A DNA stretch of 64,000 nucleotides, taken from the NCBI GenBank assembly GCA_013239625.1, contig MU054116.1, positions 1-64,000 on the forward strand, given 5' to 3'. Shown in pieces: positions 38,701-52,447 of the stretch. The stretch comes from Lama guanicoe (Eukaryota). Positions within the stretch are counted from its first letter, which is position 1; each line of letters opens with the position of its first letter. The translations under genes were made by a program, and so were the position numbers. Below the pieces are notes generated by a model that did not search any database, was not told the DNA's origin, and saw nothing but the letters and a program-made list of their open reading frames with translations.

Positions 38701-41549
38701 TTTGTACACGTATATAAGTGGGTGGGGGGGGGAAAGGTATTTTATTCTCCATCATATGTGTGAAGGATTAAGTAGTCACTTTTAGTGTGCTGTTTGTGTT
38801 AAAACAGACATTCTTATAAAAGTATGAGATACAAACAACCATTTCCCTAGAGAAAAATGTAAATATGTATAAAACTGTTAAGAATGCAAAGTTGTGAGTC
38901 CTAACTCCTTTTGTGGAAATGTACCCTCAAAAGATAATAGGACGATCATGACAAGATGTATATGTGTGTCTATGTATTCAAATATTATTTATGATGGGGG
39001 AATTTTAAATGCTGAACAAAGAGATATTTTTTCATTATGGAACATCCATAAAATGAAACTGTATTTAGCCATTAAAACTGATGCTGGAAATGTATACTCT
39101 AATATCAAATGACTGGTTAAAATGAAGATTTCCTAATTAGGTATCAAGAGCTTAAAATTACAGATAACACACGAAGATAAAGTCTTTAAAATGAAAAAAG
39201 TCTTTGTTGTGATTTTTTTCCTTAAATTATATTTGTCTCCACAATGGTGATAAAGTCTCTAATAATCCAATTATTAACTAAGCCTCTGGTTTTAAAGTAT
39301 CCTTTTGATGGTTACACAAAAAATAATTTAAATATCTTTGTTTTCACTTACCAAACATGTTCAACAAGATACCATTTCAAAGAAGTTATATTTCTCAGCA
39401 CTGCACTTATTCACTGTGGAATGAATTGTGCCTGATTTACTCATCAGTAAGAACAACTTTGGTACATATTAAAATATATCTTGGATTTTACACTAATATG
39501 TTGGATATAATATAGAAACATACAGGTGGAACTTGAGTTGCTTCTAATTTTAGATGTATACTAGTTATTAGGCTCAGCTGATGAAAGAAGTACTTCCTAA
39601 GGAAATTTTAGTTGGAATGATATATCTCAAAAGACTTAAGTAATTTAAAAATTGTTTTACAGATGGTAGAACCAGTCTTTTTCCTTAATAGTCCTCTGTT
39701 TTGCCTTTCATATTTTAAGCTGATCTTCCACAGTGTTAACAATGATACATGGATCATAGGATATGCTAAGCTTCCACCTCCCCCAAATACCTGGCCATCA
39801 TCCTGCTGGATGATCTCCTCAAACCTCTCCTGGGACACAGGTCCCATAATATCAATTAAAACATATGCACCAAAGTTGATCTTGTGCATGATTCATTAGT
39901 GCCTATTACTGTTTTCCCAAAAGTCATTAAAATTTATCTCAAAGAATATTTCAGAAGCAAAACACATAAAAGGTGCTAGGTTTACATTTTTCAAAAAGAA
40001 GATAAATGGATATGGCCCTCTGTGAAATATCAGAATAGCATATTAAAAATAGTTCTAGATTGTTTTTTTTGTATAACTTTCATCTGAAGATTTAGTGTTA
40101 AGATGGCAGGTGGGATATTTCAGGCTTCCAGATTTGGGACAAGATGAGGAAGAACATAAGGAAACTGTTCCATTAGATGTTTTGAGATGAAACATCAAGG
40201 TCTTTATGAAGGAATATACAGCGTTGTAGGAAAAGAGGGAAAAAGTTATTTCTTCATAAAAAATTAGACTACTGCTTGTCTTTTGATTTAAGATAATTGA
40301 GCACACTAGTTTGTATTCAACATTAACACTAATCACCAGTCATTTGATGGTATGTACGTATTCTGTTTATTTTTATCTGATGTTTCAACTTCTATTCATT
40401 ATAAACCATTGATTGCTACCCTCTAGTGTCTTTCTCTTTCTTTCTCTAATACATATCTTATGCATTACATATTATATATAGTGTATATAACATATATCTA
40501 TGTATGTATTAAACAGTTAAATCATTAAACTGAAATGTAAATTTTTTTAATTGTAACTTCTATCAATTAACTGAAATAGTCAGAACATGGAATGCTTTCC
40601 TATATATTAGTACGTTTACACTTTAGAAAGACCTGATACATACTTTTGGCATGAGTGTCCAAGATAGTTCAAATAACACATGTAAAGTGTTCGCATATTT
40701 TGTATCAATTTTCCACATATGAGTACTCCTGAACTTCACTAACATATTTTGTGAGTATATTGTTTGATGCTCAACCATTAACTAGATTTTTAAAAATTAT
40801 TTAGTTAGGAATTGGGAATAATAAAGTGAAAAATCGATAGTTGATTGAATTTTTGTGGAAAGACACCTTTTTTAAGGAAATCAAGAAGAAAAGTAGGGAT
40901 TCAGAAGCAACATTAATATATGGACATAAAATGTGGGGTGGTTCAAAAATATAGATACTATATACATAAATCACTCTTTATACGTTTATTATAAATAAAA
41001 GTTCATAATACACCATTAGAATGATTTGGTCTCATTTTCACAAAGATTTTTTACAATGGAAAGAGCAATAAGTAAACTAACAAAGGTAGTATTCACTAGT
41101 TCCCCACAAGAACATATAGAATTTTCACTAGAAAATATTAATTAGGGTTGAATTTACCAATCATTTCCAACATCAGAAAGAATGTTATGCCTGGAAAAAA
41201 TAACATTAAAAAGCATAATTTTCTCTATATTTTACCTTAACAATGAAGTATGAGAAGCATGTTCAATCACTAGATTTCCCAAGTAACAACGGTAAGAAAT
41301 GGACGCAGAGTAATGTATAGCAAGGAATTCAGGGTAATAAAACTGATACTAAACAGAAAACATACCTGTAACATATATAACAGAACTGGGGAGAATGAGC
41401 AGTGTACTTATAGAAGCCCAGATACTTTCTGTGAAAATACAATCATTATTTAACAAAAATAAGTGCAGCTGTTTTATGCCTGTCTAACTGATTTACTATT
41501 GTCTGTCTTGATTTTGCCACTAAGATTTGTCAAAAATCAGCCACCAGAA

Positions 41550-42491
41550 ATGAGAAATAGAACATCAGTGACAGATTTCATCCTCCTGGGTCTGACCGAT
41601 AATCCAGAAATACAGGCTGTGGTTTTCTTCTTTTTATTTCTCACGTACGTGCTGAGTGTTACTGGAAATCTTACCATCATCATTCTTACTCTGCTAGATT
41701 CCCACCTGAAGACCCCCATGTATTTTTTCCTCAGGAATTTCTCCTTCTTAGAAATTTCATTTACTTCTGTCTGTAATCCTAGATTTTTGATGAGCATTCT
41801 AACTGGAGACAAATCTATTTCCTATAATGCTTGTGCAGCTCAGCTCTTTTTCTTTATCCTCCTTGGTTCAACAGAGTTTTTCCTCCTGGCATCTATGTCC
41901 TATGATCGCTACGTGGCCATCTGCAAACCTCTACATTATACAACCATCATGAGTAACAAGATCTGCTACCAGCTTGTAGGCAGCTCTTGGCTGGCGGGTT
42001 TCTTGGTAATCTTTCCACCACTGGCCATGGGGTTGCAGCTGGATTTCTGTGACTCCAATGTCATTGACCACTTCACCTGTGATTCTGCTCCTATACTGCA
42101 AATCTCCTGTACAGACACGAGCACTCTAGAGCTCATGAGCTTTGTTTTAGCTGTGCTCACTCTCATGTCTACTCTGACACTGGTAGTCCTCTCCTACTCC
42201 TACATCCTCAGGACAATTCTGAGAATTCCTTCAGCTCAACAAAGAAAAAAGGCCTTTTCAACCTGCTCCTCCCATATGATTGTTGTCTCTATCTCTTACG
42301 GAAGCTGCATCTTCATGTATGTGAAAACCTCAGCAAAGGAAGGGGTTGCTTTCACAAAAGGAGTAGCTATGCTCAATACTTCTGTTGCTCCCATGCTGAA
42401 TTCATTTATTTACACCTTAAGGAACCAGCAGGTGAAAAAAGCATTTAAGGATGTTATAAGAAAGATACTTTCCTCAAAATCATTGATCTGA
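41550..42491 (+). CDS. OR6C76: Olfactory receptor OR6C76-like (313 aa from ATG 41550; NPxxY reads NSFIY)
   Basis: The ORF-track start 41463 is a GTG in probable intron; the acceptor AG is at 41523-41524. [26 protein letters not shown] and [13 protein letters not shown] match recalled human OR6C76. Confidence 0.9.
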   Translation: MRNRTSVTDFILLGLTDNPEIQAVVFFFLFLTYVLSVTGNLTIIILTLLDSHLKTPMYFFLRNFSFLEISFTSVCNPRFLMSILTGDKSISYNACAAQLFFFILLGSTEFFLLASMSYDRYVAICKPLHYTTIMSNKICYQLVGSSWLAGFLVIFPPLAMGLQLDFCDSNVIDHFTCDSAPILQISCTDTSTLELMSFVLAVLTLMSTLTLVVLSYSYILRTILRIPSAQQRKKAFSTCSSHMIVVSISYGSCIFMYVKTSAKEGVAFTKGVAMLNTSVAPMLNSFIYTLRNQQVKKAFKDVIRKILSSKSLI

Positions 42492-42859
42492 CCACAGTGT
42501 TTAACTAAATACACAGCAATTTTTAGCAAAGAATCAATAAATAATTCACTGTTTTACTTCTTCTCTCTTCCTACTTTTATCACTTCTCAGATATATAATT
42601 TTTAATGGTTTTGTGGATTCAATGTTCTCATATTACATGTTCTCCCTATATGAATGTAAGCACAAAATCATTTTGAATGATCTGTAGCATTCTCCTGTGA
42701 TATAACACAGAGAAATGAGTAAAGTCAGTTCGTATATTAATGTCTTTACTTCAGATAATATGCATTGTGATGATATTTAACACAACTTAATTTACTCAAA
42801 TAGCTATGGCATTAGTATTTTTAGCTATTAAATCCACATCCAAATATGTGTATAGATTT

Positions 42860-44480
42860 CAAGTTAAAGCATATATAATACAAATACTAAAAAGAAAGAC
42901 GGTGTACCAATGTTAATAATAAGGTCAAGTATTCTTTAAGATCAAATTTTAAAAATCACTAGGGAGAAAGAGAAAGACTTCACAATATCAAAATTTTCAC
43001 AGCTAATGTAATTCTAAATTTGTATGCCCTTAATAACAGACGATCAAAATATACAAAGCAAGATCATTAGAACTTTCAAGAGAAATAGACAAATGCACAG
43101 TGAATATTTCAACAAACTACTCTCAGTAACTGATAAAACAGACAATAACAAACATGTAAACATACGAAGCATTATCTTTAAGGATAAAAAACTTGGCAAA
43201 TATAACATACAAATCTGAACTAATTGACATATGAAAAAACACTGCATCCAACTCCAGAACTGGCATTCTGTCTATGCAAGTACTTAAAGAACATTTACTG
43301 AGGATAACCATACATTGGGCCATTAAACAAATACTAAAAATTACAAAGGAGTAAAGTCACCCACAGTATAAATTCTGACTAGAATGGCAATAAAGAAGAA
43401 AAAAAATTGAAAACCACCATATAGTTGGAAATAATTGAATAGCATCTAAACAAAACAACAGTCAAAGAATAAATCACAACAAATATTAGAAAAATGTTTG
43501 ATATGTCATATGAAAATATGAAGTACCAAATTTGTGGGATAAATATAAAATGATGATTAGTAGTATACTTGGAGTCCAAATCCTATTAGGAATAAAAAGA
43601 ATAAAACCTTGAAACCAATGATCTATGCATTAGTTCAAAGGAGTCAGGCACAACATTAAACCTAATTCAGTTGGAAAGAAAAAAGTAATAAAGATTAAAG
43701 CAGAAATTACAGAAAGAGAGAAAAAGAAAATAGAATATGAGCAGAAAATCAACTGCAAAGCAAAAAGAAACTTCTCTAAGGGGACTAATGAGTCATTAAA
43801 TCTCTCTCAAGAGTGATTAAAAAAAAAAAGAAGAGAATCATCCAAACATTGTACTAGGAAATAGAGTGCACATCACTATACATAACATAGACATAAAAAG
43901 TAAGATAATTAATTAAAATTTTATCAATAAATGTGTAAATACTGTTGAAATTCCCACAAAAGTATATCATATCTGGTATAGAGAAAGCATATAAAATCTG
44001 AATACTCAGGTATTTATTAAAAACTTTGAATCCCCAATTAAAAGTCATCTGATAAAGAAACATACAGAATCTAATGGTTTTAGGGAAGTCCTTAGCATTT
44101 AAATATATAAGAAAGAATTGATACCAGTTCTACACAAGACATTTCCAGGGCATAGCTAAAGGAGTATGTACCAATTTCAAAAAATGAAAACAGTATCATC
44201 TTGACGCAAGACTTGATGATGACATTATAGGGGTTTTCAATGGCTGAACAAAGAGAAGTCCACTGGAAAAGGAGCCTGTGCATAGTCTATTGTGGTCAGT
44301 TTCCTAGATACACAACAGGTCACAGAAATTAAGTGGTCCATGAACTCATCTATCTGGGATAGAGAGGGACGTGATGGGAGAGGACACACAGGAGGTTTCT
44401 TAACCTAGATTGTGAATACCTCTACGATTATAACTGTTTTGTGTGCACATTAGACTTTATAAAAAATAAAAGTTTTATTT
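42860..44480 (+). mobile_element. Heavily degraded old LINE-1 ORF2 and 3' fragments
   Basis: attctaaatttgtatgcccttaataacaga, gagaaatagacaaat, gaacatttactgaggataaccatacattgggcca, aagattaaagcagaaat. Confidence 0.65.
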
Positions 44481-46341
44481 AAAGCTGTGCAATAAGACAA
44501 CTCTGTGATATTGTAAATATCATTGGGGAATCCACAGAAAAATTATCATAATGCATTCATAATATGATTATATGTTTAAAAAATCATAGAGAATCATTTA
44601 GAAAAAAGATGACTTGTTATAAGACATATTCATTAAGGTCAAGACCTTTCCTGAACATAAAAATATTGGGTAGACAGATTACATGTCAACATAGTACATA
44701 AATTAGCACAAAAAAAAAAGGAGATGAAAAAATACCTAGTGCTAAATGTTTGTGTAGTTGCATGTGCAGTTTCTTGCTTGGTATGATTCATTCTCATCAT
44801 TTCAAAACCAATATATAAAGTCACAATTTTTATAAATCTTAATCAAAATCACTGTTTTAACCCCTTCTACATCCCAGAATGAAAATCTGAATACATATTG
44901 GCATGATAACAGCTTAAAACTATAGCATAGTTTCTCCCACAACGTAAATCTTAGTAATACAACTTTATGTACATAAAATATTAAAAATATGAAAATACAC
45001 AATAATTTAAAAAACAGAAACTTGCCTTAAAATTAGAATTAGGGAAAGAAATCCTTAAAGCAATATGGAATAACGAAAACTAAAAAGAAAAGAGATTAGG
45101 AAGGAAATTATAAAGATCAGGGAGGAATTAAATACAATAGAGATTAAAAAAAACCATAGAAAAAATCAATCAAACTAAAAGCTGGTTTTTTGAAAAAGTG
45201 AATAAAATCAACAAACCTCTGGCCAAACTCACAAAGAAGAAAAAAGAGAGTACAAATCAGCAAAATAAGAAAGGCAAATGGAGCAATTACAACAAATAAA
45301 ATAGAAATACAGAATATCATATGAGAATATTATGAAAAACTATATGGAACCAAACTGGATAACCAAGAGGAGATGGACAAGTTTCTGGAAATGTACAGTC
45401 CACCAAGACTGAATTAAGAAGAAACTAACCACTTGAACAAACCGATCACTAGAAATGAAATCGAAATAGCAATAAAAAACCTCCCTACAAATAAAAGTCC
45501 AGGACTGAACAGCTTCCCCGGGGAATTCTACCAAACATACAAAGAAGAACTCATACCAGTCCTTCTCAAACTATTCCAGAAGATTGAAAAGAAGGGAATA
45601 CTCCCAAACTCATTCTATGAAGCCACCATCACCCTGATACCAAAACCAGGCAAAGACACTACCAAAAAAGAGAATTATAGGCCAATATCACTGATGAACA
45701 TAGATGCCAAAATCCTCACCAAAATATTAGCAAATAGAATCCAACAACACATAAAAAAGGTTATACATCATGACCAAGTGGGGTTCATCCCAGGGACACA
45801 AGGGTGGTTCAACATATGCAAATCAATCAATGCAATACATCACATCAACAACAGGAAGGACAAAAACCACATGATCATCTCAATAGATGTAGAAAAAGCA
45901 TTCGATAAAATTCAAAATTCATCCATTTATGAAAAAACTCTCACCAAAGTGGGTATAGAGGGAACATATCTGAACATCATAAAAGCTATATATGACAAAC
46001 CTACAGCCAGCATAGTACTCAATGGTGAAAAACTCAAAAGCTTCCCACGAAAATCTGGGACAAAACAAGGATGCCCACTATCACCACTCCTATTCAACAT
46101 AATCTTGGAAGTCCTAGCCACAGCAATCTGGCAAGAGAGAGAAATAAAAGGGATCCAAATTGGAAAAGAAGAGGTAAAAGTGTCACTATATGCAGATGAC
46201 ATGATACTATAAACACAAAAACTAGCTGATCGAAGAATTCAGCAAGGTAGCAGGTTACAAGATTAACGTTCAGAAATCAGTTGCATTTCTTTACACTAAC
46301 GATGAATCAACAGAAAAAGAAAGTAAAGAAACAAAACAATA

Positions 46342-46509
46342 NNNNNNNNNNNNNNNNNNNNNNNNNNNNNNNNNNNNNNNNNNNNNNNNNNNNNNNNNNN
46401 NNNNNNNNNNNNNNNNNNNNNNNNNNNNNNNNNNNNNNNNNNNNNNNNNNNNNNNNNNNNNNNNNNNNNNNNNNNNNNNNNNNNNNNNNNNNNNNNNNNN
46501 NNNNNNNNN
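46342..46509. other. Assembly gap (168 N) inside L1
   Basis: Run of N. Confidence 1.
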
Positions 46510-46778
46510 TTTTTGGATTAATCAATATTGTTAAAATGGTCACACTGCCCAAGGCAATCTACAGATTTAATGCAATCCCTATCAAATTACCCAGGACATA
46601 TTTCACAGAACTAAAACAAATCATAATAAAATAAATATGGAACCATCAAAGACCTAGAATTGCCAAAGCATTACAGAAAAGAAAGAAAGAGGCTGGAGGA
46701 ATAACTCTCCCAGACTTCAGATAATACTATAGAGCTACAGTCATCAAGACAGCATGGTATTGGTACAAAAACGACATA

Positions 46779-47380
46779 NNNNNNNNNNNNNNNNNNNNNN
46801 NNNNNNNNNNNNNNNNNNNNNNNNNNNNNNNNNNNNNNNNNNNNNNNNNNNNNNNNNNNNNNNNNNNNNNNNNNNNNNNNNNNNNNNNNNNNNNNNNNNN
46901 NNNNNNNNNNNNNNNNNNNNNNNNNNNNNNNNNNNNNNNNNNNNNNNNNNNNNNNNNNNNNNNNNNNNNNNNNNNNNNNNNNNNNNNNNNNNNNNNNNNN
47001 NNNNNNNNNNNNNNNNNNNNNNNNNNNNNNNNNNNNNNNNNNNNNNNNNNNNNNNNNNNNNNNNNNNNNNNNNNNNNNNNNNNNNNNNNNNNNNNNNNNN
47101 NNNNNNNNNNNNNNNNNNNNNNNNNNNNNNNNNNNNNNNNNNNNNNNNNNNNNNNNNNNNNNNNNNNNNNNNNNNNNNNNNNNNNNNNNNNNNNNNNNNN
47201 NNNNNNNNNNNNNNNNNNNNNNNNNNNNNNNNNNNNNNNNNNNNNNNNNNNNNNNNNNNNNNNNNNNNNNNNNNNNNNNNNNNNNNNNNNNNNNNNNNNN
47301 NNNNNNNNNNNNNNNNNNNNNNNNNNNNNNNNNNNNNNNNNNNNNNNNNNNNNNNNNNNNNNNNNNNNNNNNNNNNNNNN
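46779..47380. other. Assembly gap (602 N) inside L1
   Basis: Run of N. Confidence 1.
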
Positions 47381-50217
47381 CAAAAACAAAAAAATAAAGC
47401 ATAAATACTAAACAGAAATAGACTCATAGACATAGAATACAAAGTTGTGATTGTCAAGGGGGCGAGGGGTGGGAAGGGACAGATTGGGATTTCAAAATTG
47501 TAGAATAGATAAACAAGATTATACTGTATAGCACAGGGAAATATATACCAGATCTTATGGTAGCTCACAGAGAAAAAAATGTGACAATGAATATATATAT
47601 GTTCATGTATAACTGAAAAATTGTGCTCTACACTGGAATTTGACACAACAGTGTAAAATGATTATAAATCAATAAAAAAATGTTAAAAAAAAAGAAAGGA
47701 GATTAATTTATTCAAACAACCAGTGAAAAGGGCATTTTTCTTTATTATTGAAGTTTCTTTCTTAACCATGACAGATTTATTAATCATGAGCCCTAATCTA
47801 CCATCATCAAACCATAAGCTTCTAAAGCAGCTAATATGTAATCATACAAGGTTTTTCCAAATTTTTAAAAAGTCATCTTATCTCCAAGTTACTGTAACTT
47901 TTATCTCACTTTTTAACTGACCTAAAGTAACAGTTCTTCTACCCAGTTCTCCAAACTTTAATGTCCTGAAACAATCTCAGATGGGTTGAGATGTTCCTCT
48001 GAAATACACTTACTAGGTAGATATTTCAAAGCAGGAATCCATTAGATCAGTTTTTCAACTGAATGAACTGTCTTGGAGCCTTTCATGTAACTATGGACTT
48101 ACAAAGCATTGTATGTAGGCAGAATAAGGATTCTTATAAGACATCTGTAATACATATTTTTCCTATTATTGAAATGTAAATAAATGTTCCTTTGATAAAA
48201 AACATATAAATTTACTCTACAGTATCACTGAATACATAGTAATTTTTCTCTATGTGTGTTTTCATATTAAATAAATACTTTACAAAAATTATATCATGGG
48301 AGATTAGGAAAAGCAAAATAGTTTGATTATTAAAATCTGTTATACCTTAGAAAATAAAGCAGGAGACTGTGTCAGGCTTGTTTTTTGGGTTTTTTCTCAT
48401 TGGTAAAAGGAGCACCTAGCCTCTGTCTGATGCTGTTGCTCCACCTAGTGTCTCAAAGGACAGTGTCCCTGCTGCTGCTTCTTTTAGTTGCTTTGCCAAA
48501 GTTCATTACACAAGAGGGTCATTAATGACATTAGAACCATAGATCACTGAGGATCCTTCACTTTATTCATTCAGATAATCCCAGTGCACCTCCAGAAGAC
48601 TGAGTAGAAGAATATAAGTATCAATTTTGGAGCAGGAAAGCCAAATCCCTGCTTAGAGCCATCAGAGTTCTTCCAAAACCCAGAGGAAGTTCTTTTTCTC
48701 TCCTCTCCTACATTAGGTTCTCTACCCTCATGACAGAGACCAAAGGAAAATGTCTTCGAGGTTTAAAATAAGAAAGTCTCTAATGAGAGTCTCTATATGA
48801 CATGAAGATGGGAAGTGAATTACCCAAGACCCTCTAGAAGATGCCTGGAGAGGAAATGTAGGTTGGTGATCCTGTCAGCCCAGAGCAGAGGCACGTCTCC
48901 CTTAACACAACACAGGTAAGCACAGTAAGGAGTTGCCAGCTGAAACCAGGAAAAATTATCAGAAGTGTAAGTACTGGTAAGTAGATAAGAGAATTACTGT
49001 CCCTTTTGAGGGATGAGGAAGAAATATTTGTTGTCAATGTCTTCTGCAATGTGGTTAAACTTGTTTCAACTTATAATACGGAAAATTGTAGTAGACATGT
49101 CATGAATCATCCAAGAGTCCTTTGTAAAACTGAGGTCAGAGCAAAGGCTGTATTTTTACACCCATAAGTAGTCACCCATGCAGTGTAATTTCAAGAACAT
49201 AGGCAAATACACACACATCAAGTCCCGGGAATTTATAATCAAAAAGAATATTACATTGTTTAAAATGTCACCATTATCGAAATTGCAAATATTCTTTCAA
49301 GATGAAAAGTTTAAGCAGAAATAACTCAGCCCTTCCTAAGCATCTAGTAGTTCCATGAATAGGTTTCCTTGATATCTAAATCACTCTATGGAGAGTAATT
49401 TGGCCTGAGGAGAGAGAGGACGTTCTGTTGTTTATGAAGCACTCCACCGGATGAGGCAAAGTTGAGGAGAGTATTTCACTAACAGGTTTAGTCCAGTGTG
49501 TATTCAGAGGGAGGAGTATGAAAAAGAAGGTGACAACAATGATGTCAGTTTTTAGTTTCTTCACACTTCTTTCTGCTTAATGCCTTATTGCAATCCTGAA
49601 GTAGCTGGGAGAGAATTAATTCTTAGATAAGCCAAAACCAAAGGACAAGTCAAAGAATAAGGCATAGTAAACTATCAGTAAACTATTTTCCTTGCATAAA
49701 AGAGACACTGTGAATAAAATGATCCTATCTAAAAAGGCAAAACAGGATTTGCTTAGAGAAAGAGGACTGAGGGGATGTGAAAGATCTCAGTTTGAAAACA
49801 GAGAAATCTCTTTTTATTTCTTTGTATAAGCTATCGTTTGGTAGGAGAAGCTCACTAAGAGACCACTCGTTTGGGGCTGGCAGGGTCATTGAAGGAAACA
49901 GTTCTCATTATTTACTGATGTCTTGAAAAACCTTGAGAATTGAAGTATGAGGTAAATGTACATGACAGGCTGTCACTATATAATGTTGGCCATTAGTTTT
50001 GTGAGTGTCCTCATCTTAGTTGTGTTATTTCCCTATTAGAGTTTTCCATTAGTTTCCCTGCATCAGTGTCCATTTTCCTCAGATGGTGCATTTAGAGCCC
50101 GGCTGGCCCTGCTGTATGTACCTTATGGGGACTTTATGAGGCGCATGCACATAGGAGGAGAGGACTTAATTTTGCCAGACTCAGAGGGCTCAGATCGTTT
50201 GCAGGAAATATTTTAAA

Positions 50218-50280
50218 GCCAATTAAGTGAAAAATCATTCACATAACAAATGAATTACTGTCCCCTGGGGGTACCATTTA
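50218..50280. promoter_or_regulatory. Candidate O/E (EBF) site with neighbouring homeodomain cores, about 4.8 kb upstream of OR6C2-like
   Basis: TCCCCTGGGG at 50261-50270, preceded by GAATTA (50252-50257) and CAATTA (50220-50225), in sequence I do not recognise as a repeat. Confidence 0.4.
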
Positions 50281-51099
50281 CTTCAGTGATGGAGAAACAG
50301 CAGGAAGCATGGAGACTGTGTTTTCAGATAGGACATATTTTTACTGCCGTTATAAGTAATTAATGGTGGTGAAGGACTGGGAGCGGTTATTGCTTCCTGA
50401 ACAGAAATAGAGTCTTTTTCTCTTGCTGAAGAATATACATAATGGTCACAGATAATATCAACAAAATAAAATTCATAATACAGGAAAAGAAGCAAGTTAC
50501 TATTCTACTCCTCTTTCATGAGTATCTGAAATTATAATGCAAATATATAAATTAAGTGATCGCATGTGATATAAAGTACAGCACTGATTGGGAGGGAGGT
50601 GAGGATGTAAATGATAATGTTCAGTTTGGGCAATAAACTTCCTTCACTGTCTAGGCAGATCTCAAACATTAATATGTATACAATTCTTGACCATCATACT
50701 AAAACATTTTCACTGGCACCTAACCCCTCTCCCTCGCTGCCTAGTTGAAAAATGTTCAGGTGTCCCTGAGATCAGGAATCTGTATTGTGAAAACCTCCTG
50801 ATGATTCTGATTCAGAGAGTAACACACATTAAACAACATAATTAAATGCATGTATTACGGAAGAAGAAGGTAAAACATTACATAAAATGCTACAGGCTAC
50901 AGAATTTTTGTATAAGTTAAATGAGTTTTATGATACAGAGCCTAGTCCTGTGCTTGACAAATAGAAACTGGATCGAATATTTCCGTTTACAATAGCTTGT
51001 CTCAGATTTTCCAATAGCCAGATGGAAGCAAGTCCTGACATAAAAGTAAGCGGCTGTGCTCTAACAGGAGGGTGGAGTGACAGAAAGGTCTAGAGTTGC

Positions 51100-51675
51100 A
51101 TCATTAGTTAGGAAGAGTGAGCCTGGGAGAATGTCAGAGTGCAGACCTCCACACGTCTTGTGTGGGTCTCAGCCTTTGGATAAACAATGTTGTAACTGGA
51201 CCTGTGGGTCTTAATGATTGCAAGACTCCCTTTAGGAAACTTTGGGAATAAAAAGTTTATTACCCACAGGTCTTGGAAAGCACATGACACTCCTGAGGCC
51301 ACACAGTGAGGTCCTGGGAATAGAGATGGAGAAGGGAGAGAGGGAGATGGGTATTCTGCTTTTAACTGGGGTCCAGAGTCAGGCCTAGAGTTTCAAGGGC
51401 TCACTCTTTATCGGTGAATTTAAAACACAAGAGTGGGACTTTAAAGCCTGGGAAGAGAAAACACACATGGCTCAAAAGGTCTGTTAATGGAATCAACCAA
51501 GATCTCTAAAACAAAGGAGCCTGATATGAGGGGGTGAAGGGTGATGTTGGCCTGGCTCTTTACCTAGTTCTGTGGCTGGCAGTGTTCACTGGAAATAGCC
51601 ATCTTTGAAGAGGATGCCCTGGCAGTGAAAGCTTAAGTCAGGCACTTGCATTACAAAAAGGAAAGCCAACTGTCA
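51100..51675 (-). mobile_element. ERVL-type solo LTR (MER76-like)
   Basis: Minus strand begins TGACAGTTGGCTTTCCTTTTTGTAATGCAAGTGCCTGACTTAAGCTTT at 51675. Minus-strand AATAAA near 51257-51262. Left end and TSD not resolved. Confidence 0.6.
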
Positions 51676-52447
51676 GAGCTTACCTGACAACACAACCAAG
51701 GTACCAGCCAGTATATCTGGAGGAGTGAGGCAAAAGGAGGCTGGGATTTTAGGTGGGTGAGTTGGGGGAACAAAGGCTATGGAGGTAAACATGACTTTTG
51801 CCATAATGACGCCTACCCTGCATGTGTGGGGAGATTTCTGAGAGAGTAAGACCAAGATAAATTAGGAGAATGAGAGAATTCTTGTCTTCTGAGAAATGAG
51901 AAGATTCACACTTAATAAAATTAAGATGGATGAGGATTAAAAATGATACTGTGTTTTTGAAGTGGTGAAGAGAACAGAAGCCGACTAAATTTAAATTTTG
52001 GACAAAGGATTATGTTAGAAAATGGAAAAAGTTAAAAAGCAAACTGTAGGTCAAATAAGTAGGTAAATTTTGTCCTTAAGACACTCAGATTTAATATTCT
52101 ATTCTCCTTTCCAAATAATGATTCTTGAATAACAGTAGCTGTGATTCACTGACGGGTTCATAAGAGAATGAGATCAGTGGCTGTGGAAATGGAACAGAAA
52201 GCTACTTTGCAGTATGTGCCCAGTCTATTAGTAATTATTAAAGTTATAATTTATCTGAATATTGTTATGGACCTCGGGATAAATCAGAATTCTTTCATTG
52301 AGCGTGTCTAATTCTAAACCCTTGAGATTTCCACCATAATGAAGTCTCTCAGCCATGATCACACTGCCAAGGGGTGATAGAGTTACTAGCTTATATCTGA
52401 CTCCCGATCAAGAATCCCCGCAAAAGAGAGTAATCACTGCTGATCTA

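Larger units (their letters stand above)
45099..47688 (+). mobile_element. Young 5'-truncated LINE-1 (ORF2 RT to 3' end; disrupted; two N gaps) with 17-bp TSD
   Basis: ORF 45433-46212 is L1 ORF2 RT ([32 protein letters not shown]), ending at a deletion-derived stop. TSD AAAAAGAAA(A/G)GAGATTA at 45082-45098 and 47689-47705 (1 mismatch). Confidence 0.93.

Noticed and set aside
41463..41549. N-terminal extensions of the 342-aa and 353-aa OR ORFs (also 54940-55053)
   Set aside because: They run through pyrimidine tracts and AG acceptors, and 41463 is a GTG. The canonical M-x-N-x-T starts are at 41550 and 55054.
45433..46212. 259-aa reverse transcriptase ORF as a novel or domesticated RT gene
   Set aside because: Ordinary LINE-1 ORF2 fragment inside a 5'-truncated, TSD-flanked element with upstream stops and a deletion after YADD.
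46281..47646. Long ORFs rich in X (also 14882-15313)
   Set aside because: Artefacts of N gaps.
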